Assembly: GCA_963828735.1 (NCBI GenBank)
Contig: CAWHFW010000005.1
Location: forward strand, 2,176,001-2,240,000
DNA from: an uncultured Gemmatimonadales bacterium
GTDB taxonomy: Bacteria > Gemmatimonadota > Gemmatimonadetes > Gemmatimonadales > GWC2-71-9
Direction of reading: 5' to 3'
DNA: 64,000 bases
Position 1 is the first letter of the stretch. The number at the start of each line of letters is the position of its first letter. A program made the translations under genes and the position numbers. Shown one piece after another: positions 28,049 through 37,656 of this stretch. Under the pieces are notes generated by a model. The model was not told the origin of the DNA. It worked only from the letters and a program-made list of their open reading frames with translations, and did not search any database.

Positions 28049-28780
28049 CTACTTCGTCTTCGCCCAGACCAGATCCCACGCCTCCCGTCGCTCGGCGAAG
28101 TCCACGACGTGCCCGTCCGCGTCGCGCCGGAACACCTTCCGATACCGCGGCCGGCCGGGCACGAACAGCACGTCCCGCGTCTCGGCGCGCAGGGTGTCGG
28201 GCGCTCGCCCGGTCTCCTGCCCGACGAGCACGTCGCCGCTCCGGCGGATCTCGTAGCTCAGCTCCGGCGACAGTGTATACGTCCCCACCATCTCGTCGAG
28301 CGCCGCCGGCGTGAGCGCGACGCCCGGCGGGTCCGTGCGCAGCGCGAGGACCTGCGCGCCGATCAGCCGCCAGCCCGCCGGTGTCTTGAGCCACGTGTCG
28401 GTCGAGCGGTACTGGCAGTGGAGTGCATGCCCGTAGAAGGTCTCGTGCTCGTCGTCCACGTGGGTCGTCACGGCCACGTCGCCGTGGATCCTGGCAGTGA
28501 ACTCGACGATCTCGATCGACCCCGAGATCGTCTTCGGGAGGGGGCGGATGTCGCCCACCATCTCGCGCTTGGACCGGACGCTGCCGTCCTCGGTGGTGTA
28601 GCTGACGGTGGAATCCAGGTAGCGATCCCACACCGCCGCCGAGCCGGCCGAGACGGCATCGAGCAGCTCCTGCGTCTGACGCTGGAGCGTGGTGGTGACA
28701 TCATCGTTCGCGGACGCGGGGGGCGACGCGATACGCGCGCCGAGCACGAGCGCCGCGAGCGCCCACAGCCTGGATCCCAT
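28049..28780 (-). CDS. Secreted DUF4440 (NTF2-like) protein with a C-terminal beta domain
   Basis: Signal peptide; QELLDAV..WDRYL..TDTW..WRLIGAQV; GTYTLSPE C-terminal domain. Confidence 0.82.
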   Translation of the reverse strand: MGSRLWALAALVLGARIASPPASANDDVTTTLQRQTQELLDAVSAGSAAVWDRYLDSTVSYTTEDGSVRSKREMVGDIRPLPKTISGSIEIVEFTARIHGDVAVTTHVDDEHETFYGHALHCQYRSTDTWLKTPAGWRLIGAQVLALRTDPPGVALTPAALDEMVGTYTLSPELSYEIRRSGDVLVGQETGRAPDTLRAETRDVLFVPGRPRYRKVFRRDADGHVVDFAERREAWDLVWAKTK

Positions 28781-28849
28781 ACTCACGCCTTGTCGAAGGT
28801 CGAATGTCGGTGCGCCGGGCACCGTGCGTTTCGAGGTGTGCGCGCTACC

Positions 28850-29545
28850 TCATCGCCTCGTGACGGTGATAGGACTGAAGTACGCGTCCGTTTCCACATG
28901 GGCCCACAGCGCGATCCGCCCGGGCCGGCCCCCGTGTTTCAGGTCGCTGATGACGAGGCACGGCTGCGCTGCGCCATTGATATAGAGCTTCGCCTTCGAT
29001 CCCGCCACTTCGATCCTCATCGTGGTCCACGAGCCTGCTTCCATGTCGGCGTACGACTCGTAGACCCCCGGGCTCTCCTTCCGAAGCCGGTACCAGGGGA
29101 ACTCCGGCTCGGACACGTACTGGACGGCATGATTGCGTCGGAGCTGGTCGTCGGCCCGTCCGTTGGTCGGCCGCAGATAGAACACGTCGGACCACGCGGC
29201 GTGTGGCCCGGTGCGAAAGCTGATGCCGATGAATCCTCGCGAGTCCGCGGGCATCCCGGGTCGCGGAGCTCCGGCCACGTCGATCTGGATCGTGCCGTCC
29301 CTGAAGTCCGGCCCGTCCAGCAGCGCCAGCATGTCCTCGTCTTTCCCCGCCGTCTCGGCCGCCGGGACGAGCTTCAGCGCCCGGACGCCACGATACGTGA
29401 CGACCTCGGTGTGTCCGTTCACGACCTCGGCGATGGCGGGCAGCTCGGCGGACATGCTCGACGACGCGCTCCGCAGCGTCTGGCCCGCTCCGACGAAAGT
29501 GAAGCCGACGGCAAGGAGGGCCGCTCCGACGACACGGCTCGTCAT
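28850..29545 (-). CDS. Secreted DUF1080-like (concanavalin fold) protein
   Basis: AGGAGG RBS; FRDGTIQIDV, GFIGISFR, FYLRPTNGRADDQLRRNHAVQY. Confidence 0.75.
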   Translation of the reverse strand: MTSRVVGAALLAVGFTFVGAGQTLRSASSSMSAELPAIAEVVNGHTEVVTYRGVRALKLVPAAETAGKDEDMLALLDGPDFRDGTIQIDVAGAPRPGMPADSRGFIGISFRTGPHAAWSDVFYLRPTNGRADDQLRRNHAVQYVSEPEFPWYRLRKESPGVYESYADMEAGSWTTMRIEVAGSKAKLYINGAAQPCLVISDLKHGGRPGRIALWAHVETDAYFSPITVTRR

Positions 29546-29578
29546 CCTACGCCTCCTGAACGATGGCACTGGCATGGA

Positions 29579-30781
29579 TCAGTGCGACGGCCGGCTCGTC
29601 GGCGCGGAGACCAGCGCTGCGTCCGGCGGATCGAGTCTCGCGGAGAACGCCCATCCCCCCGTGCACTCGATGACGGCGAAGATCACCTGATTCCTGCCCC
29701 GCTTGAGCGGCAGGTAGACCGCATCTCCCACTCTGGCCATGACCCCGATGCCCCTCAGCCCGCCGGGATTCATCGCAAAGGCGAGCGGCCGGCCGTTGAG
29801 GTAGATGACGGCGCCATTGCTGTAGGCGTACTGCATGCGGCGGATCTCGTCCTTGGCGGCGGTGATCGTCGTCCGCGCGTATACGATCCGTGAGTCAGCG
29901 AGCTTCCCCGTCATCACGCTGTCCGTCAGCACCGCGCCCGCGCTGTCCCTCGGCACGCCGCCGACCGGCGCTTCCCGGTAGCGGTTGATCAGCACGAACC
30001 CTTCGGGTTCGGCCTGGACCCGCTGCCAGGTGAGCCGGCCGAGGTCGGGTAGTGCCGTCGGTATGAAGTCGGCGGCCTCGATCGCGTCGGAGATCTCCCA
30101 GTCGAGCATCGTCCCCGGCGGTGGGGCGGGGACGGCCGGGTCGGTGGAAGATCGCGGCGAGGCCGCGTACCGGACGTTCGAGAAGTAGGCGCCGCGCCCG
30201 AAGGCACCCGTCCAGACGCCAAGGCCCGCGCCGCCAGACGTTACCAGTCGCGGCACCACGAGCGTCGGAGTCGTCGTCGTATCCACGAAGAGCCGGGCGA
30301 CGGGTCCGTCCAGCTCCACGCGCACGTGGACCCACCGATTTCGCGGGATCTCGGCGACGGCATTGGCGCCGTCTCCGTGATAGACCTGCCACGCGACGCC
30401 AAGGCTGTTGAAGGCCGGGCCGTACTGCACGGCTTCCTCCGTGCCGCTGGCTCCCGGGCGCAGGAAGACGACGTTGGCGAACCGGGGCGACGTGGCGCGG
30501 AACGCCACTCCAAGGAAATTGGTGGTGTCGCTGGCCGCCACGTCGAGGTCAAGCGTGCCGTTCTCCATCGCCGCCCCACGCACCAGGGCCACACCCCGGT
30601 TGATGTAGAGGGCGGGTCGGCCCAGGTACGACACCGACCGGATGCTGTCGGTCGCCGTCCAGGCGTCGGGTGAAAGCGGAACGACCCCACTCTGGGCCGC
30701 GAGGGGCCCGCTGCTGGTCTGCGCGACGGCGAGCAGGATCGCGGCCATGACGGCGTGGGAGCGTCGGGCGCGGTGCGTCAT
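29579..30781 (-). CDS. Secreted concanavalin-like beta-sandwich protein
   Basis: Signal peptide; NGTLDLDV, FLGVAFR, FLRP..EAVQY, AYFSNVRY; extra C-terminal beta domain. Confidence 0.75.
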   Translation of the reverse strand: MTHRARRSHAVMAAILLAVAQTSSGPLAAQSGVVPLSPDAWTATDSIRSVSYLGRPALYINRGVALVRGAAMENGTLDLDVAASDTTNFLGVAFRATSPRFANVVFLRPGASGTEEAVQYGPAFNSLGVAWQVYHGDGANAVAEIPRNRWVHVRVELDGPVARLFVDTTTTPTLVVPRLVTSGGAGLGVWTGAFGRGAYFSNVRYAASPRSSTDPAVPAPPPGTMLDWEISDAIEAADFIPTALPDLGRLTWQRVQAEPEGFVLINRYREAPVGGVPRDSAGAVLTDSVMTGKLADSRIVYARTTITAAKDEIRRMQYAYSNGAVIYLNGRPLAFAMNPGGLRGIGVMARVGDAVYLPLKRGRNQVIFAVIECTGGWAFSARLDPPDAALVSAPTSRPSH

Positions 30782-30997
30782 CGTGCCCCTCGTCGGGAAC
30801 GCGGGCGGAGCGCTGAAGTGATGCGGGACCATTTCCGGACGAAGCGTCGCTCGGAAAGGTGTCAGGGCCGACTTGAGTCGGCCTCGTCCAGGGGCATATT
30901 GCTACCATGCGCCGGGCTTTCGTTCGCGTGCCCGGCCGTTGCGCGCGCGCCGCTCGTCGCGCCTGCGCTGAGCACACTGGAAGTCGAGGGCACGTCC

Positions 30998-31468
30998 GTG
31001 AGCGTGAGACCCGCCGAAGGAGCCGAGCTCGATCACCTGGCGAGGGTCTGGTACGACGGCTGGCAGGATGCCCATGCGCGCATCATGCCCGCCGAGCTGG
31101 CCCGGATGCGCACCCTCCAGAGCTTCCGTGAGCGGCTCGAGGCCGCGCTTCCGGACGTGAGGGTCGTGGGGCCGTTCCCGACGCCTGTTGGCTTCTGCAT
31201 CGTGAAGGGCGACGAGCTCTATCAGCTTTACGTCTCCGGCGAGGCGCGGGGCTCGGGCGCCGCGGCCACCCTCGTGGCCGACGCGGAAGGTCGGCTCGCG
31301 GCGCGCGGCGTCGAGACCGCTTGGCTCGCGTGCGCCATCGGCAACGACCGGGCCGCGCGGTTCTACGAGAAGTGTGGATGGCGCCGGGTCGGGACGGTGG
31401 CCTACCAGCCGGACGCCGCGGACGGAGCCGCGCTCGACGTCTGGCGCTACGAGAAACGAATGCGATAG
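30998..31468 (+). CDS. GNAT family N-acetyltransferase
   Basis: LYQLYVSGEARGSG, GNDRAARFYEKCGW. Confidence 0.9.
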   Translation: MSVRPAEGAELDHLARVWYDGWQDAHARIMPAELARMRTLQSFRERLEAALPDVRVVGPFPTPVGFCIVKGDELYQLYVSGEARGSGAAATLVADAEGRLAARGVETAWLACAIGNDRAARFYEKCGWRRVGTVAYQPDAADGAALDVWRYEKRMR

Positions 31469-31532
31469 TCTCTTGTCCGATCGACGATGACCGATGACGG
31501 ATGACTCCCGAATCACCCGATCCCGCTGACCC

Positions 31533-32171
31533 ATGCCCCGACCGACGGTCCCCGCGTTCTTCCTGCTCGCGCTGCTTGCCACCCTGGGACGGGCACAGGC
31601 CGAGCCGCGGTACGTGATCTATCTCCACGCACGGATCATCGAGGACAGCGGCGGCCGTCGCCCCACCGATCGCGCCTTCGGCACCTACGAGTACGACGCG
31701 ATCCTGGACAGCCTGCGGCACGCGGGCTTCGTGGTCCTAAGCGATCAACGCCCGCCCAGGACCGACTCGGACTCCTTCGCGACGCACGTCGCACGGCAGG
31801 TGGACAGCCTCCTTGGGCGTGGCGTCTCGCCGCGGGCGATCACCGTCATCGGGTTCTCCAAAGGCGGGTGGATCGCGATCCTGGCCTCGTCCCGCCTGCG
31901 GAACCCCGCGATCTCCTTCGTGCTCATGGGGGCGTGCGGACCCTGGGCCTTCGAGCGGCCCGATCTTCATGTGACCGGGCGCTTGTTGTCCCTGTACGAA
32001 ACCAGCGACACCATGGGCGTCTCCTGCGACCCGATGTTCGCCAGGCGGGGTGCAGGCTCTCGAGTCCGGGAGGTTCCCCTGACGCTGGGCCTCGGACACG
32101 GGACCTTCTTCCAGCCCCGTTCCGCCTGGCTCACCCCCGCGATCGCCTGGGCGCAGGGACGGGAGCCCTGA
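31533..32171 (+). CDS. Secreted alpha/beta hydrolase
   Basis: Signal peptide; GFSKGG nucleophile elbow; GLGHG. Confidence 0.85.
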   Translation: MPRPTVPAFFLLALLATLGRAQAEPRYVIYLHARIIEDSGGRRPTDRAFGTYEYDAILDSLRHAGFVVLSDQRPPRTDSDSFATHVARQVDSLLGRGVSPRAITVIGFSKGGWIAILASSRLRNPAISFVLMGACGPWAFERPDLHVTGRLLSLYETSDTMGVSCDPMFARRGAGSRVREVPLTLGLGHGTFFQPRSAWLTPAIAWAQGREP

Positions 32172-32244
32172 ACGTGGGGAGCCGTGACACGCATGAAGAG
32201 CCACTCGTTCCCCCGCACTACACCGCCGATGAGCAGAGGAGACG

Positions 32245-33756
32245 ATGTCAGCACGTCGGATGGAATCCGTGAACATCGGCCCCGACGACCCGCGATATCG
32301 CGCAGTAGTTGAGAAGCGCTTCAACAAGCGGTTCCGTGCGAGCCCCGACTACGTCCGCCTGGCGGGTACGACCGCCGAGGTCGTGTCGGCGGTCGAGGAC
32401 GCGGTGCGGGAAGGCCGGCGGCTCGCCGTGACCAGCGGCGGGCACTGCCTCGAGGGGTTCGTGTCGGATCCCGATGTACGGGTGATCGTGGACGTGTCGC
32501 CCATGAAGCGCGTGGACTACGACGCGGATCGGCACGCCGTAGTCGTCGAGGCTGGCGCCACGGTTGGCGAGACCTTCCGTGCACTGTTCGAGCGCTGGGG
32601 CATCGTTCTCCCGCTGGGCGAGCATCCGGCGATCGGCATGGGCGGACACGTGGTCGGCGGCGCGTTCGGCTTCCTCTGCCGCCAACTGGGCCTCGCCGCG
32701 GACTACCTGTACGCGGTCGAGGTGGTCACCGTGGACCAGCATGGCCGCGCGAGCAGCGTGGTCGCGACCCGGGAGCCGTCCGATCCGAATCTCGATCTCT
32801 GGTGGGCCCACACCGGCGGTGGGGGCGGCAACTTCGGCGTGGTCACGCGGTACTGGTTCCGACCACCCCACGCATCCGGGGAGGACCCCGCCGCTCTGCT
32901 GCCCTCGGCCCCCGAGTCCATCACCACGTTCAAGGCGGAATGGGACTGGAGCCACATCGGCCAGTCATCATTTCTCCAGCTGCTCCGGAAACACGGAATC
33001 TGGAGCGAGCGGAACAGCGGCGCTGACTCTCCGAACGCATCGCTCTGGACCCTCCTCGAGATCCATCGCAAGCAGTTCGGCAAGATCATCGTGCGTGGCG
33101 TGAGCACGGCCGGGGCCGGCGCCGAGCGGCAGGTGAACGACCACCTGGCAGCGCTGAGTGAAGGCATCGAGTCGCCAAAGGGCAGAGAGCTTGCACGGAT
33201 GTCCTGGCTCGGGTTCGCCCTGAACCCGTTGCCTGATCTGTTCGCCGCCCCGCCGGGCGGGGTAAGCGCGAAGGTGAAGGATGCGCTGCTCAAGCGGCGG
33301 TTCACCGATCGCCAGGCGGCCGTGGCGTATGAGTGGCTCACCAGCGCCGACCATGACGTCATGGGTGGGATGCTCGGTCTCGCGACCTACGGCGGCCGGA
33401 TCAACACGGTCGCGCCCGAGGCCACCGCCTCCGCGCAGCGCGGCGCGATCCTCGACATGGCCTGTACGACCGGCTGGCTGGATCCGGGCGACGAGGCGAG
33501 GAACCTGGCGTGGGTCCGGGGGTTCTATCGGGAGCTGTTCGCGGAGACCGGCGGCGTGCCGGTTCCGGGTGACGCGTACGAGGGCGCGTTCATCAATCAT
33601 CCCGACACCGACCTCGCGGACCCGGCGCTGAATACCTCGGGGGTGCCCTGGCACACCTTGTACTACGGGGAGAACTACCCGCGCCTGCAGCGGGTCAAGG
33701 CGCGCTGGGATCCGCGCGATGTGTTCCGGCACCCACTGTCGATTCGGCCGGGATGA
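32245..33756 (+). CDS. FAD-linked oxidase, berberine-bridge/AknOx-TamL-like
   Basis: SGGHCLEGF, LWWAHTGGGGGNFGVVT, BBE tail YYGENYPRLQRVKARWDP. Confidence 0.92.
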   Translation: MSARRMESVNIGPDDPRYRAVVEKRFNKRFRASPDYVRLAGTTAEVVSAVEDAVREGRRLAVTSGGHCLEGFVSDPDVRVIVDVSPMKRVDYDADRHAVVVEAGATVGETFRALFERWGIVLPLGEHPAIGMGGHVVGGAFGFLCRQLGLAADYLYAVEVVTVDQHGRASSVVATREPSDPNLDLWWAHTGGGGGNFGVVTRYWFRPPHASGEDPAALLPSAPESITTFKAEWDWSHIGQSSFLQLLRKHGIWSERNSGADSPNASLWTLLEIHRKQFGKIIVRGVSTAGAGAERQVNDHLAALSEGIESPKGRELARMSWLGFALNPLPDLFAAPPGGVSAKVKDALLKRRFTDRQAAVAYEWLTSADHDVMGGMLGLATYGGRINTVAPEATASAQRGAILDMACTTGWLDPGDEARNLAWVRGFYRELFAETGGVPVPGDAYEGAFINHPDTDLADPALNTSGVPWHTLYYGENYPRLQRVKARWDPRDVFRHPLSIRPG

Positions 33757-34916
33757 AGCCGGACACGATCGTCGTCGGCGGAGGGCCGGCCGGTCTCGCC
33801 GTTGGAGCCAGCCTCGAGCGGCGTGGCGTCGGGTGTCTGATCCTCGAGGCGGGCCACGCGGTAGGCGAGTCCTGGCGCCGGCACTACGATCGGCTCCATC
33901 TGCACACCGACAAGGCGCATTCCGCGCTTCCCTTCGTCCCCTTCCCCCCGGATGTCCCGCGCTATCCGTCCCGCTTGCAGGTGATCGACTACCTGGAGGC
34001 GTATGCCCGCGCGTTTCGGTTGGAGATCCGGTTCGGCCAAGGCGTGACTCAGGCGCGTCGCACCAACGGCGGCTGGGAAGTGCGGACGCAAGACGCGCTG
34101 TACCGGGCATCGGAACTGGTGGTCGCCGCCGGGTACAACCGCGAGCCGTTCCTGCCGGCGTGGCCCGGGCAGAGCTCCTTCCGCGGCACCCTGCTGCACA
34201 GCTCCCAGTATCGAGACGGCGAGCCGTTCAGGGATCGAGACGTGCTCGTCGTCGGGTTCGGCAACTCGGGCGGAGAGATCGCGATCGACCTGTGGGAGCA
34301 TGGCGCTCGCGTGAGCCTCGCCGTGCGGGGGCCCGTGAACGTCATCCCGCGCGAGCTGTTCGGCATTCCGATCCTCACGTTCGGCAGACTGCAGCGCCGG
34401 CTCCCGCCGCGCCTGGCGGACGCGCTGAGCGCCCCGCTCCTGCGGGCCGTCATCGGCGACCTCGCGCCATACGGGCTCAGGATGTCGCCGCGCGGGGCCA
34501 TGACCCGGATCCGCCGCGATGCGCGCATTCCGCTGATCGACGTTGGCACGATCGCGCTCATCAAGCGCCGCGAGGTCGCTGTGCGTCCGGGGATCGACGC
34601 GTTCACCGAGGATAGCGTCGTCTTCACCGACGGCAGCCGCCGGCGATTGGACGCGGTCATCCTGGCCACCGGCTATCGCCCGAGGGTGAACGCGTTCCTC
34701 GAGGACGCCTCGGCGGCGCTCGACGCCGACGGCAGGCCTTTGACCAGCGGGGGTGAGGCCCCGATCGCGGGGCTCTATTTCTGCGGCTACCGGGTCTCGC
34801 CGAGGGGAATGCTGCGCGAGATCGGCGACGAGGCGGCGCGCATCGGCGCGGCGATCGCGCACAGCCACGCGGGGACGTTGCGCGCGAAGCACGGCCGCCG
34901 AGCCGAAGGGACGTGA
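33753..34916 (+). CDS. Flavin-containing monooxygenase (class B, YUCCA/CzcO-like)
   Basis: GGGPAG, W..HYDRLHLH, FxGxxxHxxxY (FRGTLLHSSQY), GFGNSG, ATGY. Confidence 0.92.
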   Translation: MKPDTIVVGGGPAGLAVGASLERRGVGCLILEAGHAVGESWRRHYDRLHLHTDKAHSALPFVPFPPDVPRYPSRLQVIDYLEAYARAFRLEIRFGQGVTQARRTNGGWEVRTQDALYRASELVVAAGYNREPFLPAWPGQSSFRGTLLHSSQYRDGEPFRDRDVLVVGFGNSGGEIAIDLWEHGARVSLAVRGPVNVIPRELFGIPILTFGRLQRRLPPRLADALSAPLLRAVIGDLAPYGLRMSPRGAMTRIRRDARIPLIDVGTIALIKRREVAVRPGIDAFTEDSVVFTDGSRRRLDAVILATGYRPRVNAFLEDASAALDADGRPLTSGGEAPIAGLYFCGYRVSPRGMLREIGDEAARIGAAIAHSHAGTLRAKHGRRAEGT

Positions 34917-35090
34917 GCGGACGGCTCCGGCACGGCTGTCGGATGGCGATGGCGCGAGCGAAGGTGCAAGTTTGTCGCGAGCGCTTGACAGGTCGATGCG
35001 GTCGGCGTGCTGCTCGCGGCGGTCCATGAGAGCACGGCCGTATTGCCGGTGGGAGCAGCCCCGGCAGCCTGAGCGCGCGAGGATCGTCGC

Positions 35091-35474
35091 ATGCTCGAGG
35101 AGTGGACTGAGCCGCCTCCGATGAGCGCCGTGGCCCCGGCGCCGGCCGTCCTGTCCTCGGATGGTACCCTGTGGCTGGCCTATCGGATCGCTCGCGATCC
35201 GCACCATTGTGCCGTGATCCGGTTTCACCACGTGCAGCAGTACGTGTGGGGGCCGCCGCCCGCTGTGTACGGCCTGGACAGCCTGGGCGATCTCTCGCAG
35301 GGCAGCTTCTATGAGGTTCCGGTCACGAGCGAGGAGAGCGGTGGGACCGGACGCCGCTGGCTCATCACCTTTCCCGATGCGATACTCGAGGTACGGGCCG
35401 CCGACGCTGGGGTGGTGCTCAGGGCAGCCGCGGCGCTCGGCCCGGCGCATGCCCTGGCGGCGTTGCTGGCCTAG
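35091..35474 (+). CDS. Hypothetical protein
   Basis: GAGGA RBS; protein-like beta-rich sequence (AVIRF..WGPP..FYEV..ITFPDAILEV). Confidence 0.7.
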   Translation: MLEEWTEPPPMSAVAPAPAVLSSDGTLWLAYRIARDPHHCAVIRFHHVQQYVWGPPPAVYGLDSLGDLSQGSFYEVPVTSEESGGTGRRWLITFPDAILEVRAADAGVVLRAAAALGPAHALAALLA

Positions 35475-35491
35475 GTTGCCGAGGAGGAGCT

Positions 35492-35914
35492 ATGGTGAAC
35501 GGCAAGACACCCCTCTATCTCACGGTTGTCGCGGCTCTGTTCTTGGCCGCGGCCGTTTTCTTCCTCCAACCGTATACGGCCGATTTTCCCGGCACCGCCT
35601 ACGCCAAGGCGGCCAGGAGCTACCTGCATGCCGCGATTCGTCGCGACTCCCTTGCCCTGGACCGTACTTCGGCATCGGCGGTCGCGGTGGCTTGGGCGCT
35701 GGCGGTCGGCCGGCGGCATCCGGATTCGCTGGCCGCGTGGTCGGGGCGTACCCAGACCTACATCACCGCGCAGCGGGGCGATACGGCGGACGTGCTGGTG
35801 TATCCCGAGCACGACCCGTGCAGCGAAGTCCCGATCGTGCTGAGCCTGGTCGGGACCGGACCACGGGCTCGGGTCGTGCGGGCAAGCTCTGCCTGCCTGA
35901 ATGCCGTTCGCTAG
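35492..35914 (+). CDS. Hypothetical membrane-anchored or secreted protein
   Basis: GAGGAGG RBS; N-terminal hydrophobic helix; two Cys. Confidence 0.7.
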   Translation: MVNGKTPLYLTVVAALFLAAAVFFLQPYTADFPGTAYAKAARSYLHAAIRRDSLALDRTSASAVAVAWALAVGRRHPDSLAAWSGRTQTYITAQRGDTADVLVYPEHDPCSEVPIVLSLVGTGPRARVVRASSACLNAVR

Positions 35915-35993
35915 GATCGCGAGCTCACGAACGCGTTGGTGGCCTTCGAGAATTCTCGGGTGACGAACGCCTATCGCGATCCAGGGAGAAAAC

Positions 35994-36227
35994 ATGCCTG
36001 ACGTGTCCCACCCGTTGCGGCGCTCCAGGACCAATCGCCAGATCGCCGGCGTCGTCGGTGGCCTGGCCGAATACTTCCACATGGATGCGACCTTGTTACG
36101 GGTCATCTATGTGGTCGGCTCCATCGTGTCCGCGGCGTTTCCAGGGGTGCTCGTGTACGTTCTGCTCTGGCTGGTGATTCCCGAGGGCGACGACGGGCCG
36201 AGTGCTTCGTCGCCCACCACGCAGTAG
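35994..36227 (+). CDS. PspC domain protein
   Basis: LRRSRTNRQIAGVVGGLAEYF..LLRVIYV..YVLLWLVIP. Confidence 0.92.
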   Translation: MPDVSHPLRRSRTNRQIAGVVGGLAEYFHMDATLLRVIYVVGSIVSAAFPGVLVYVLLWLVIPEGDDGPSASSPTTQ

Positions 36228-36240
36228 CCGCAGGGCGTTC

Positions 36241-37107
36241 ATGCGACGCGATCTGCTGAGCTACGTTGGCCTCACCTACCTCATCACGTGGCTCTTCACG
36301 ATCCCGTTTGTCATCCTGTGGCGGACCTCGCTCCATCAGACCTTCTCCTGGTGGCTCGTGGTCTTCCTCCCTGGCGCCTACGGACCGAGCATCGCCGCGT
36401 TGATCCTCGCATGGCGCCGTGGCGGACGCCCCGCCGTGGCCGACCTCCTGCACTCTCTGTTGCGTTGGCGTTTGCCGATCTGGCTCTACGCCGCGGTTCT
36501 GCTCACGCCGCCTGCCATGACCACGCTGGCCACGCTCCTCTCGGGTTACCACCCGATCTGGGGACCGGTCGCGCTCGGCCCCGGTCTCAGCGCGATACCA
36601 GCGGCCTACGCGCTCGCGCTGCCGTTCGGCCCTCTTCCGGAAGAGCTCGGATGGCGCGGCTACGCCCTCCCTCGGCTGCTTCGGGAGCATGGTGTGTTCA
36701 CCGCGAGCGCCATGCTGGGTGTCGTCTGGACCTTCTGGCACACCCCCATGTTCTGGTTCCCGGGGGTCGCGATCCCGTCGGCCTTCGCCCTGAGCTTCGG
36801 CTCGGTGCTGCTCTACCTCGTGCAAATGATCGCCGAGGCCTGCCTCTTCACGGTTACCTACCTCGTGAGCGGGGGCAGCGTACTGCTCGCGGTCCTCCAG
36901 CACCTCGCCTTCAATACCTCGGAGAACATCCTGTTCGGGTTCATACCCGAGCCCGGCGCAGCGGACAAGCGGCAGATCTATGTGCTCAACACCGTCGTGA
37001 TGTGGCTGGTTGCGCTCATCGCGCTGCGCTGGTGGGCCTGGCGCTCACGACGCGCGGCGAGTCTGGGTGCGCTCCCCGACACTGGATTGCATGAGACCGA
37101 GGCATGA
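36241..37107 (+). CDS. CPBP (CAAX/Abi) intramembrane metalloprotease
   Basis: EELGWRGY, WTFWH and HLAFN motifs. Confidence 0.92.
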   Translation: MRRDLLSYVGLTYLITWLFTIPFVILWRTSLHQTFSWWLVVFLPGAYGPSIAALILAWRRGGRPAVADLLHSLLRWRLPIWLYAAVLLTPPAMTTLATLLSGYHPIWGPVALGPGLSAIPAAYALALPFGPLPEELGWRGYALPRLLREHGVFTASAMLGVVWTFWHTPMFWFPGVAIPSAFALSFGSVLLYLVQMIAEACLFTVTYLVSGGSVLLAVLQHLAFNTSENILFGFIPEPGAADKRQIYVLNTVVMWLVALIALRWWAWRSRRAASLGALPDTGLHETEA

Positions 37108-37574
37108 ACTCGACCGTCGCGGACCTCCTCATGGAGCTCCAGGACATTGTCGCCAGCACCAGCCCGCGCAAGGCAGCAGCCCAGCGCGCAGCCGCGGCGA
37201 TCGCACGTGTCGGCCGATACCGCTGGGTCGGCCTGTACGATGTCGGGGCCACGGAGATCGGCGTGATCGGCTGGGCCGGGCCGAGCGCCCCGACCTACCC
37301 GACCTTTCCACGAACCCAGGGGCAGAACGGAGCCGCCGTGGCCTCCGGCGAGCCTGTCATCGTCCAGGACGTGAGTCGGGACTCTCGCTACCTGAGCACG
37401 CTGGGCTCGACCCGCGCGGAGATGATCATGCCCGTCCTCGCCGGATCTGAGCGTGCCGTGGTGGGCACGATCGACGTGGAGAGTGATCGCCTGGCGCCGT
37501 TCAGCGATCACGATCGCGAGCTTCTGAGCGGGTGCGCGACAGTATTGGCCGGCCTCTGGCGCGACGCGGTCTAG
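37104..37574 (+). CDS. Stand-alone GAF protein, fRMsr (MsrC/YebR)-like but lacking the motif cysteines
   Basis: WVGLY, GQNGAA, VQDV, EMIMPV, GTIDVES..FSDHD. Confidence 0.85.
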   Translation: MNSTVADLLMELQDIVASTSPRKAAAQRAAAAIARVGRYRWVGLYDVGATEIGVIGWAGPSAPTYPTFPRTQGQNGAAVASGEPVIVQDVSRDSRYLSTLGSTRAEMIMPVLAGSERAVVGTIDVESDRLAPFSDHDRELLSGCATVLAGLWRDAV

Positions 37575-37656
37575 CCGACGTCATGCGGCCGACACGCCGG
37601 CGGAGCCACGCTCGCCGCGGTGGTGCCGGAGAGGCCGTCTCTTTCGCGGAGCCTCG

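Noticed and set aside
35914..35982. Imperfect long hairpin upstream of pspC (GGATCGCGA/TCGCGATCC with central CGAGAATTCTCG)
   Set aside because: Short interrupted stems in GC-rich DNA with no U-tract or recognisable RNA family; could be chance.
7400..37600. Run of small accessory genes (GNAT, cupin, DinB, NTF2) resembling an integron cassette array
   Set aside because: Orientations are mixed, many genes are translationally coupled, I found no recurring attC-like sites and there is no integrase.
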